DNA of 44,729 nt from IMG/VR virus record IMGVR_UViG_3300013947_000009, positions 1-44,729 of that record; one strand, written 5' to 3'. Origin of the DNA: a virus. The notes under the pieces are model-generated. The model was not told the DNA's origin. It did no database searches and saw only the letters and a list, made by a program, of their open reading frames with translations. This document shows, one piece after another, positions 16,630 through 23,352 of the stretch. The translations under genes were made by a program, and so were the position numbers. Numbering within the stretch: the stretch's first letter is position 1; the number at the start of each line of letters is the position of its first letter.

Positions 16630-16881
16630 TTATCTACACCAATCTTTATTTATCATTTCTTCATCTGCAATTCTTTTAATAGACGGACATTCATTACTCT
16701 TCAAATTTGCCCATACTTGGTATGGGTTTTCTGCCTGCCATACTACTTTTCCATCGTACATGCTGCACATTCTAATAAGAATACCATGTTGCTCTAAAAA
16801 TGTTTTCAAGATGAAGAACTCTTCACTACTTGATTTTATTAGATTTGTTTTCTGTCCGTATTCTTCTGTTATATGTTCCAT
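16630..16881 (-). CDS. Hypothetical protein, 83 aa
   Basis: ORF ending at the bidirectional terminator. Confidence 0.55.
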   Translation of the reverse strand: MEHITEEYGQKTNLIKSSSEEFFILKTFLEQHGILIRMCSMYDGKVVWQAENPYQVWANLKSNECPSIKRIADEEMINKDWCR

Positions 16882-16945
16882 ATTATTTCCTTACTTTCTG
16901 CCGTCGTAACCTCCGTGGCGGGATAATGTTTTATTTATCTTCTAA

Positions 16946-17104
16946 TTATCTTAATTCTTTTGCGATTTCTTCACTAATCCATTTTCTTTCAACTGCTCTG
17001 TCAATAATTTCATCAGTAAAATTATTGCAAGCAAGTTGTCCGAATGTGCTCTGATCAATTGTTCCATTATTAAATAATTTGATTGCTTTTTCTGTTCTTG
17101 TCAT
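16946..17104 (-). CDS. Small hypothetical protein, 52 aa (below the track cutoff)
   Basis: Hand translation MTRTEKAIKLFNNGTIDQSTFGQLACNNFTDEIIDRAVERKWISEEIAKELR; AAGGAG RBS; promoter P1 upstream. Confidence 0.55.
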   Translation of the reverse strand: MTRTEKAIKLFNNGTIDQSTFGQLACNNFTDEIIDRAVERKWISEEIAKELR

Positions 17105-17150
17105 AGTTTTTAATCTCCTTTGCTTTTTTGTTTAGCTTTATTATAGTTAT

Positions 17151-17179
17151 ATTATACAACTTTAGTTGTAGTTTGTACA
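17151..17179 (-). promoter_or_regulatory. P1: family promoter TGTACA-17-TATAAT with dyad TACAAC-N4-GTTGTA in the spacer
   Basis: Hexamers and dyad read on the - strand. Confidence 0.7.
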
Positions 17180-17402
17180 TAGGCAAAATGCACAAAGATA
17201 TATTTATTTTTTGTGTATATTTATTGTATATTATAGGTGCTTTTTCATACGTTTTTATACATTCTTAAACGTTGTTATATCAATGTTCCTTTTGATTTTA
17301 TACACTTTTTAAATTTTCCCAACAAAATTTAAGAATGTGATAACGTCAACGTTTGTATGTTGATTTGTATATTGCAAGCATATTGCAGAATAGAAAATGA
17401 AA

Positions 17403-17428
17403 AAAGCAGCTCAAATGAGCTGCTTCAT
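17403..17428 (-). terminator. Rho-independent terminator after 17430-17906
   Basis: agcagctca-aat-gagctgct followed by a T-run on the - strand. Confidence 0.8.
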
Positions 17429-17429
17429 A

Positions 17430-17906
17430 TTATTTGGATTTTCTTGTTGGCGTGGTAAATGCTCTCTCGACTGACCAACCCATCTTGTAGATACGTCCAT
17501 ACAATGTATTTGGCGACATTCCGAGCTCTTCGCCCCATTTGCAAATATTCTGAGCTTTTCCATCGTACTCAATTAACGCCCCGCGCTTCGGTTTTGGAGG
17601 AGCAACGATTTCAAGCGACAATTCTTCTTGCTTCGTTTTAACCTCGTCGCGTTCTGGCTCATTTTCTGTTGAGTCTTGATTAGTTATATTGTTTTCAACT
17701 TCGATTGATTCTGACGCGTTCTGGGTAGCAAACTGCGGAAACTCTTTTTCTATATCGTAGTCGGGATTTTTATCGGTTTTATCACCGATCGCGATTGAGA
17801 TTTTTTCAACCAATTTGTCTTTTTTCAGATTCCACCAGTTGCTGACTTGCAAGCCTTTCGCCATTTCTTTGAGGTCTTTCGCTTTCATTTCGTTAAGATT
17901 AATCAT
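17430..17906 (-). CDS. DNA-binding protein with SAP/Rho_N-like N-terminus and C-terminal HTH-like domain, 158 aa
   Basis: LNEMKAKDLKEMAKGL; C-terminal ICKWGEELGMSPNTLYGRIYKMGWSVERA; ATG 17906 follows AAGGAG. Confidence 0.6.
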   Translation of the reverse strand: MINLNEMKAKDLKEMAKGLQVSNWWNLKKDKLVEKISIAIGDKTDKNPDYDIEKEFPQFATQNASESIEVENNITNQDSTENEPERDEVKTKQEELSLEIVAPPKPKRGALIEYDGKAQNICKWGEELGMSPNTLYGRIYKMGWSVERAFTTPTRKSK

Positions 17907-17954
17907 GTTTATATCTCCTTCAAAAATCATATTCGGTGGTTAACCGTTGATTTA

Positions 17955-17983
17955 ATTATACAACGATAGTTGTAGTTTGTACA
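17955..17983 (-). promoter_or_regulatory. P2: family promoter TGTACA-17-TATAAT with dyad
   Basis: gtgTGTACAaactacaactatcgttgTATAATtaaa on the - strand. Confidence 0.7.
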
Positions 17984-18037
17984 CACTTTTGACCCACTTT
18001 TAATATTTTTTAATATGTTATAATTAAGTCATATCAT

Positions 18038-18066
18038 TGTACTATCTACAACCAACGTTGTACTAT
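18038..18066 (+). promoter_or_regulatory. P3: family promoter variant TGTACT-17-TACTAT with dyad TACAAC-caac-GTTGTA
   Basis: Divergent from P2; followed by the 16-bp palindrome ttaggcatatgcctaa in the leader. Confidence 0.55.
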
Positions 18067-18104
18067 TATATTAGGCATATGCCTAATTCATAGGAGGGGA
18101 GAAA

Positions 18105-18368
18105 ATGGAAGATATGACACGGTTAGAAATATTAACATTGTTGTTATCACTTAAAGGATTGCTTGAGACTAACAATGCAGAAAAAGCCTTAGAAGTAATT
18201 AACAACGTAATTGCTGAAGCACAACGGAAAGAATTATGAAAGAATGATGATCTAAGAATCTATATTGCAATCTTAGAATCTGAACGAATCCAAAGAGAGA
18301 ATGGCAACCTCATGTATGATTTCGATGAGTTCGCTGCCGAAGTAAGAAAAAAATACGGTATAAAATAA
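18105..18368 (+). pseudogene. 87-codon reading frame interrupted by one in-frame TGA (18237-18239): a 44-aa product, or a nonsense/readthrough gene
   Basis: Hand translation; the 42 codons after the TGA stay in frame, have no start of their own, and end at a terminator. Confidence 0.5.
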
Positions 18369-18390
18369 AGGGACCCTCATGGGTCCCTTT
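18367..18390. terminator. Bidirectional terminator hairpin
   Basis: aaagggaccc-tcat-gggtcccttt between convergent genes. Confidence 0.8.
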
Positions 18391-18997
18391 ATTTATATTG
18401 AATGAATTCCTCTCCGCATTCATCACATGTAGCTTTGATCTCATATATGCTATAGAATTTTACTCCGCAGCACGGACACATATAATATTTATATTTTGAT
18501 TTGGCAGTTGAACGGTCAGCTTTCTTTTTCGGAGCTCTTGCTAAATCGAAACCTTTGATTGTGACATTCTCATCAATCCATTTTTCAAGCTCTTCGCTCA
18601 GACTTGTTTTGGACCAACCGATGTTACCTTGCTTTTCAATTACAAGGCCGTGAGCTTCGGCTGTCTCTTTGAATTTCTTATTGTGATATCTTCCATTTGC
18701 ACCTGTATCTTTAACGCCGTTGTAGATGTTATCCAGATGAACCATTTCGTGAATCAGTGTTCCGCAGATTTCTTTAATTCCTCTGTTTAAATGCTCTGCG
18801 CAGATGTTGATCTCGTAAAATTCTTCATCGCTTGATTTCCAGATTTTCTGAGTCGTGCACCAACCATAAGAGCGATTTGACGTGTCCGGCGAAATTGTGA
18901 TTACGGGTTTTTCGAGCTTTCCATCGAACAGATGCGCGTTGAACGTATCAAAAAGTTCCTCAAGTGTTTTTACTGCCTCGTAATATTTTTTAGTCAT
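18389..18997 (-). CDS. SprT-like zinc metalloprotease domain protein with C-terminal zinc ribbon
   Basis: LIHEMVHL (HExxH), SprT-like N-terminal NAHLFDGKL, CPCCG...CDECG. Confidence 0.75.
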   Translation of the reverse strand: MTKKYYEAVKTLEELFDTFNAHLFDGKLEKPVITISPDTSNRSYGWCTTQKIWKSSDEEFYEINICAEHLNRGIKEICGTLIHEMVHLDNIYNGVKDTGANGRYHNKKFKETAEAHGLVIEKQGNIGWSKTSLSEELEKWIDENVTIKGFDLARAPKKKADRSTAKSKYKYYMCPCCGVKFYSIYEIKATCDECGEEFIQYK

Positions 18998-19029
18998 TTT
19001 TAATTACCTCCGTTTGATTTGATATACTT

Positions 19030-19058
19030 ATTATACAACTAAAGTTGTATAATGTACA
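19030..19058 (-). promoter_or_regulatory. P4: family promoter TGTACA-17-TATAAT with perfect dyad
   Basis: ctaTGTACAttatacaactttagttgTATAATaag on the - strand. Confidence 0.75.
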
Positions 19059-19091
19059 TAGTTTTTCCTGATTTCTAATATTTTTTAATAA

Positions 19092-19112
19092 TGTAACCCA
19101 TGCAAATTTCAA
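19092..19112. repeat. 21-bp inverted repeat, left arm (partner 20480-20500)
   Basis: tgtaacccatgcaaatttcaa is the exact reverse complement of ttgaaatttgcatgggttaca. Confidence 0.9.
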
Positions 19113-19135
19113 GAATATTTAAATTTCCATTTTAG

Positions 19136-19176
19136 TACAACTTTCGTTGTACATTATACAACTATCGTTATATAAT
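19136..19176 (+). promoter_or_regulatory. P5: family promoter TGTACA-17-TATAAT with two dyads (19136-19151, 19157-19172)
   Basis: agTACAACtttcGTTGTACAttaTACAACtatcGTTATATAAT. Confidence 0.75.
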
Positions 19177-19223
19177 AAGAATATAAGCTAATCAAGCTTA
19201 ATAACTTTCGAGGAGAGATTAAA

Positions 19224-19397
19224 ATGATTGAAAATGAATTATTGCTAGAACTACTTTGGGAATTTGAACAACGTGAGACTGATTATACGATTGAGAATGG
19301 TTGGTTAACGACATATCTCGGTAATGAGCGAATTCGTTTCAGAATTGATGACGAAGATCAAACAGACTGGCTGTTAGATATGATTTGGAATTGGTAA
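19224..19397 (+). CDS. Small hypothetical protein, 57 aa
   Basis: Hand translation MIENELLLELLWEFEQRETDYTIENGWLTTYLGNERIRFRIDDEDQTDWLLDMIWNW; GAGGAG RBS. Confidence 0.55.
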   Translation: MIENELLLELLWEFEQRETDYTIENGWLTTYLGNERIRFRIDDEDQTDWLLDMIWNW

Positions 19398-19448
19398 TAA
19401 AACGGAGGACTTTCGTCCTCCTCTAATTAAAAATATGGGGGAATTAAA

Positions 19449-19616
19449 ATGAACAAATACAGAGTTTGGTTTACAATTTATACGCAGTATTACGGTTACG
19501 ATGAAGATTATCTCGACGTTGAAGCTGCAAATGCTGATCAAGCATACGAAAATGTGAGAAATGCGAATTCCGACGTACATGGATTTAATATTGAAAGTGT
19601 AGAACCTCTCGATTGA
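19449..19616 (+). CDS. Small hypothetical protein, 55 aa
   Basis: Hand translation MNKYRVWFTIYTQYYGYDEDYLDVEAANADQAYENVRNANSDVHGFNIESVEPLD; GGGGGA RBS; terminator follows. Confidence 0.55.
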   Translation: MNKYRVWFTIYTQYYGYDEDYLDVEAANADQAYENVRNANSDVHGFNIESVEPLD

Positions 19617-19630
19617 GAGGTTTTTTATTT
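19603..19630 (+). terminator. Rho-independent terminator
   Basis: aacctctc-gatt-gagaggtt followed by tttttt. Confidence 0.85.
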
Positions 19631-19652
19631 GCAAAAAAAAATTTATTTTTTA

Positions 19653-19693
19653 TACAACTAACAGTGTACAAAGTACACTTTTCGTTGTATAAT
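19653..19693 (+). promoter_or_regulatory. P6: family promoter TGTACA-17-TATAAT with two imperfect dyads
   Basis: TACAACtaacAGTGTACAaagTACACTtttcGTTGTATAAT; leader nearly identical to that of P5. Confidence 0.7.
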
Positions 19694-19740
19694 TATATTA
19701 TAAGCTAATCAAGCTTAATAACTTTTAGGGAGAGATTAAA

Positions 19741-19929
19741 ATGATATTTAGATTTGCGGAAATGCTTTACGACATGTTTGGTGATGACTACGAAGGTATG
19801 ATTGAAACTTTCATGAGTGACTTACATCGTCAAAATAAAGAAGATCTTGGTCTTGATGAATTATTCATCGAGTTTGGTGAATATCTCGAAGCTTGCAAAA
19901 TCATGGCAAAAGTATTTAACCAAGAATAA
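19741..19929 (+). CDS. Small acidic hypothetical protein, 62 aa
   Basis: ORF track; RBS GGGAGAG; hairpin 19934-19951 downstream. Confidence 0.6.
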   Translation: MIFRFAEMLYDMFGDDYEGMIETFMSDLHRQNKEDLGLDELFIEFGEYLEACKIMAKVFNQE

Positions 19930-19972
19930 AAATGAGGGCCTTCGGGCCCTTGATAATAAAGGGGAAATTAAA

Positions 19973-20239
19973 GTGAAATTTAAGCTTGGTCAATTGGTGG
20001 CGACAAGAGGTATCAATGCGAGGCTATTAGAGGATTCTGACTTTTCAAAGTTCCTTTGGGATAGTTTTGCCAGATATAAAAATTGCGATTGGGGAGATAT
20101 TCCTCATGAGGACAAGAAAATGAACGATTCAGCAGTGAAAAACAATGACGACAGAATTGTTGCGCGATATAATAATATCTATATCATCACTGAGTATGAT
20201 CGTTCAGTAACTACCATTTTATTTACACACGAATATTGA
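19973..20239 (+). CDS. Conserved plasmid/phage small protein (GDWG ... ITE.DRS.TT motif), 88 aa, GTG start
   Basis: ATRGI...CDWGDIPHEDKKMND...IYIITEYDRSVTTILFTHEY; GGGGAA RBS before GTG 19973. Confidence 0.6.
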   Translation: MKFKLGQLVATRGINARLLEDSDFSKFLWDSFARYKNCDWGDIPHEDKKMNDSAVKNNDDRIVARYNNIYIITEYDRSVTTILFTHEY

Positions 20240-20249
20240 GGAGGTAAAA

Positions 20250-20483
20250 ATGAGTAAATTGAAAAAAATGAGACAGGCTAAAGGTCTGTCTCAATCTCAG
20301 TTGGCAGAAAAAGCCGACATGAATGTTCGCGTATTACAGCATTATGAGCAAGGTTCGAAGAATTTTGATCATGCTCGCATTGACAAAATTTTACGCGTTT
20401 GTTTGGCATTAAATTGCAAATTCGAGGATATTATTGAAAATCAAGAATATATTGATTTAATTAAACGGTATGAAGATTTTTGA
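20250..20483 (+). CDS. XRE-family HTH regulator, 77 aa
   Basis: GLSQSQLAEKADMNVRVLQHYEQG HTH_3 motif. Confidence 0.85.
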   Translation: MSKLKKMRQAKGLSQSQLAEKADMNVRVLQHYEQGSKNFDHARIDKILRVCLALNCKFEDIIENQEYIDLIKRYEDF

Positions 20484-20500
20484 AATTTGCATGGGTTACA
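20480..20500. repeat. 21-bp inverted repeat, right arm (partner 19092-19112); overlaps the stop codon of the HTH gene
   Basis: Exact reverse complement. Confidence 0.9.
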
Positions 20501-20506
20501 CTGCTG

Positions 20507-20536
20507 AAAAAGCTCCTCGTTCTGAGGAGCTTTTTT
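20507..20536. terminator. Bidirectional rho-independent terminator
   Basis: aaaaagctcctc-gttct-gaggagctttttt. Confidence 0.85.
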
Positions 20537-20717
20537 ATAGAAGAATATCAAATAGGTAGTCCAGCTCGAGCCCAAGCTCATCTGCAAGAATATCTTCTGC
20601 TTCAGTAAGAGGACTTTTAAGAATCATTTCTCTCACTTCATCGACCCGTGCTATTGCATCTTCTAATGCCATGCCATCTCTTTCCACTAAGATTATGACT
20701 ATTTTGTGTTTGCGCAT
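20535..20717 (-). CDS. Small hypothetical protein, 60 aa
   Basis: ORF track; promoter P7 upstream. Confidence 0.55.
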   Translation of the reverse strand: MRKHKIVIILVERDGMALEDAIARVDEVREMILKSPLTEAEDILADELGLELDYLFDILL

Positions 20718-20750
20718 TTTTAATTACCTTCTTTCGTTTGGTGTGATTAT

Positions 20751-20779
20751 ATTATACAACAAAAGTTGTATAATGTACA
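20751..20779 (-). promoter_or_regulatory. P7: family promoter TGTACA-17-TATAAT with perfect dyad
   Basis: aaTGTACAttatacaacttttgttgTATAATataatc on the - strand. Confidence 0.75.
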
Positions 20780-20828
20780 TTAGCAAAATAACCAAAGGTT
20801 AAGAAGTTTTCTTGTGTATTTTGTATAT

Positions 20829-20856
20829 AAAAACCCCCTCAATCGAGGGGGTTTAA
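20829..20856. terminator. Terminator at the end of the late operon (bidirectional hairpin)
   Basis: aaaaaccccctc-aatc-gagggggttt. Confidence 0.85.
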
Positions 20857-20857
20857 A

Positions 20858-21550
20858 TTAAATCTTTTTGCAGTATTTTAGACAAATCCAACCAGAAGGG
20901 GTTTTGCCCCAATCTCCTTTGACCTGAGAGACTGTGCAAGTTACACCTTCTACATAACCATTTGCCTTATATCCAGCAAGTTCGAGAATTTTTGTTCGTG
21001 CGTCCTTTGTAAATTGTTTAAATGTTTTAGCTTTATAATTTGTGCCAGGCCCCTTGCGAACGTGCAATACACCAGTGGTGACCTCGTAATTGCCTTTGGT
21101 ATATTTTGCCGGTTTAGTATATTCATTCTTGCTCCATGCTTCAGGGTCAATCCAACTTCCGCCGGATAGACGTTTGATTCCGAGGTGCAGATGAATTCCA
21201 GTTGCGCGTCCTGTTTGGCCGGTATATCCGAGAATAGTATTTTTATTGACTGATTGCCCCGCCTTGACGTTAATGCTATCAAGGTGATAATGCATCATTT
21301 TGACCTTAAGTCTCGGATATGATACCCAAACAAATTTTGCGTTGCCGTAGTTATAATCGATTCCGCACGAAAGAACGGTTCCATCCTCAATTGCATACTG
21401 AGGGAGCTTTTTGCCGTATGTAGCATAATCGCATCCGTTGTGAAATGTTCCTGTTGTGCCGGCAGATGTTTTGATTGCGTTTCGATATCCATACGGCGAT
21501 GAAAGGGCATGCGCTGCGTCGTGAAAAATAAGATTTGATACAGTTGACAT
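20858..21550 (-). CDS. Endolysin: M23 (LytM-type) peptidase plus C-terminal SH3b-like domains
   Basis: HNGCDYA and GQTGRATGIHLHLG motifs; VLHVRKGPGTNYK SH3-like. Confidence 0.85.
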   Translation of the reverse strand: MSTVSNLIFHDAAHALSSPYGYRNAIKTSAGTTGTFHNGCDYATYGKKLPQYAIEDGTVLSCGIDYNYGNAKFVWVSYPRLKVKMMHYHLDSINVKAGQSVNKNTILGYTGQTGRATGIHLHLGIKRLSGGSWIDPEAWSKNEYTKPAKYTKGNYEVTTGVLHVRKGPGTNYKAKTFKQFTKDARTKILELAGYKANGYVEGVTCTVSQVKGDWGKTPSGWICLKYCKKI

Positions 21551-21563
21551 GATGACTCCTCCT

Positions 21564-22748
21564 TTATTTCAGACCTACTGAAATGAGATATCCCTCCCCA
21601 GCAGGAACCTTATTTGTAATTGAGACTTGGACGTTGCCATAGGTGATTGCGACATTTAAAAATTCAGGCGGAACAATTATTTCTTCCCAATGTGCATATA
21701 AATCAGTCGTTCCTGTTGGCGTGAATGGGTCGCCACTGCCTCCGACTCTTGCACCGCCTTCTGCCGCCGTGTACCATCCTAAGAACGTGTAGCCATCTCT
21801 TGTTGGCGTTGGCAAGGTGACCGCAGGCATGGCTGACCAATGTGCATATAAATCAGTCGTTCCTGTTGGCGTGAATGGGTCGCCACTGCCTCCGACTCTT
21901 GCACCGCCTTCTGCCGCCGTGTACCATCCCAGAAAATCCGCAGATGAATAAAGAGTCTCAATCGTTTCATTGCCATCGTTATGATGTAGCTGAACCGAAT
22001 ATTTTTTCTCGAACCAATTAGTTTGCAGCGCATCGCTTATATCTTTCTGCATAGAAACTCTTCCGTATTCGCCGCTTGTCGCCCCATTGCCGTCGTAGGA
22101 TACGAGAACCAAGTCGATATCAAAAAAAGCCTTGTAACTCAAACTCGTTAAATATGTAGTCTGCTCTCCATTTGCCAGCGTGACGGTTCTTGTCGCGTTC
22201 GTGTTGCCATCAGACCATCTTGTAAACTCATAACCTTTCGCAGGCATCGCCGTGATAGTTACACTTGTTCCAACTTCATACGTTCCGGCTCCGCTGACGG
22301 TTCCCTCTCCTTGTTTAGAAAGGGAAACAAAAAATTTAGGATTTTCATATGTATAATGAACTTTCAGGTGAAAAATGTACCAAATTCTTGAGCTACCACT
22401 CAGATGAATTTTAATTTCTCCAGTTGGTCTGCCGGGGTATTCATCTTTGGAAGAAAAGTAGTCTTGAAGCCCGGAACGAGTATTTGTCGGATTGTTGTTC
22501 CATCCTTCGCATGTATCGCCGATTTTTGTCCCATTGATATAAAGATCGCTGTCTCCGCTGATAGTACCCTCACAGCCCCAGCGCAATTCAACGGAAACAT
22601 TTGTGAGCTTCGCATATTTTGGTATGAGATTCGCTGTGCCGTTCTGAACTTCATCGGCCGAAATACTTCTATCAACATTTTGCCTCAAGCCGAAAAGCTT
22701 TCCGTATTGTTCCTTGCTTCCGATAGCGGTATATGTAACTGTTGGCAT
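21564..22748 (-). CDS. Listeria-Bacteroides (InlB B-type) repeat protein; probable adhesin or tail accessory
   Basis: G(Y/F)..GWYTAAEGGARVG...TDLYAHW twice; GYEFTRWSDG; N-terminal domain unrecognised. Confidence 0.7.
   Translation of the reverse strand: MPTVTYTAIGSKEQYGKLFGLRQNVDRSISADEVQNGTANLIPKYAKLTNVSVELRWGCEGTISGDSDLYINGTKIGDTCEGWNNNPTNTRSGLQDYFSSKDEYPGRPTGEIKIHLSGSSRIWYIFHLKVHYTYENPKFFVSLSKQGEGTVSGAGTYEVGTSVTITAMPAKGYEFTRWSDGNTNATRTVTLANGEQTTYLTSLSYKAFFDIDLVLVSYDGNGATSGEYGRVSMQKDISDALQTNWFEKKYSVQLHHNDGNETIETLYSSADFLGWYTAAEGGARVGGSGDPFTPTGTTDLYAHWSAMPAVTLPTPTRDGYTFLGWYTAAEGGARVGGSGDPFTPTGTTDLYAHWEEIIVPPEFLNVAITYGNVQVSITNKVPAGEGYLISVGLK
21687..21929. repeat. Two perfect 93-bp direct repeats (21687-21779, 21837-21929) inside the B-repeat gene
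   Basis: Direct string comparison. Confidence 0.9.
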
Positions 22749-22760
22749 TTACTCATCTCC

Positions 22761-23042
22761 TTATTTATCCACCCGGATATGCGCTTTTTCGATAAATATT
22801 TCTTTCCCAACCTTGATGATAACTTTAAGCTCGTAGAATCCGGGCTCGGTTATACCAAGGATTGTTGAAACAGTGTCTCCTTCAATGTCAAGATTTCCTT
22901 TTTCAATAATCCGATTGCTGTCCGTTTTAACGAGCTCGTATTTTGCATTGCCAACAACGACAATCTCTTTTGTATTTTTTGGTGCGACTTTTGCTTTAAC
23001 AAGCTTAACTTCGCCCGAGTAATATTGAAGATTACCACGCAT
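22761..23042 (-). CDS. Hypothetical tail-module protein, 93 aa
   Basis: ORF in the late operon. Confidence 0.6.
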   Translation of the reverse strand: MRGNLQYYSGEVKLVKAKVAPKNTKEIVVVGNAKYELVKTDSNRIIEKGNLDIEGDTVSTILGITEPGFYELKVIIKVGKEIFIEKAHIRVDK

Positions 23043-23352
23043 GTTCGTGCTCCTTATATATCATGATCGTATAGTCTTGTTCGAGAAAACTAATAGGCTC
23101 ACATTCCTTTTGAAATATTATTGCGTATGGAATTTCAAATAATTCAAGATGACAAACTCCGTTGCACATATAGAGTGTGCCAGTCCAATATGCCATCTCG
23201 CCAAATACATTTATTGCATGTATCTCAACGGCATACTGACCATCTTTGGTATCAGGCGGAACGGTGCAAATCCACCGTCCACCTGATTCATGAAATTCTA
23301 TGTCGAAGTCGTCAGCTTTGCCCCATACTCTGATGATTTTCGGCCTGCTCAT
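23032..23352 (-). CDS. Hypothetical tail-module protein, 106 aa
   Basis: ORF in the late operon, overlapping starts and stops. Confidence 0.6.
   Translation of the reverse strand: MSRPKIIRVWGKADDFDIEFHESGGRWICTVPPDTKDGQYAVEIHAINVFGEMAYWTGTLYMCNGVCHLELFEIPYAIIFQKECEPISFLEQDYTIMIYKEHEHAW

Noticed and set aside
17188-17268. 26-aa strongly hydrophobic ORF (MHKDIFIFCVYLLYIIGAFSYVFIHS) resembling a type I toxin
   Set aside because: It has no recognisable RBS, no charged tail and no evident antisense RNA promoter. AT-rich intergenic DNA yields such ORFs by chance.
18237-18239. Genome-wide TGA reassignment (code 4/25-like), suggested by the in-frame TGA
   Set aside because: TGA terminates many clearly complete genes here (for example 3708-3710, 4024-4026, 5097-5099, 15303-15305), often in ATGA start/stop overlaps.
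19374-19634. 86-aa ORF on the - strand in the accessory island
   Set aside because: It overlaps two RBS-linked + strand small genes and a + strand terminator. It has no promoter-family element or RBS of its own.
21687-21929. 93-bp repeat pair considered as a DGR template/variable repeat pair
   Set aside because: The copies are 100 percent identical with no adenine-specific differences. Both lie in the same gene, and no reverse transcriptase is encoded in the genome.
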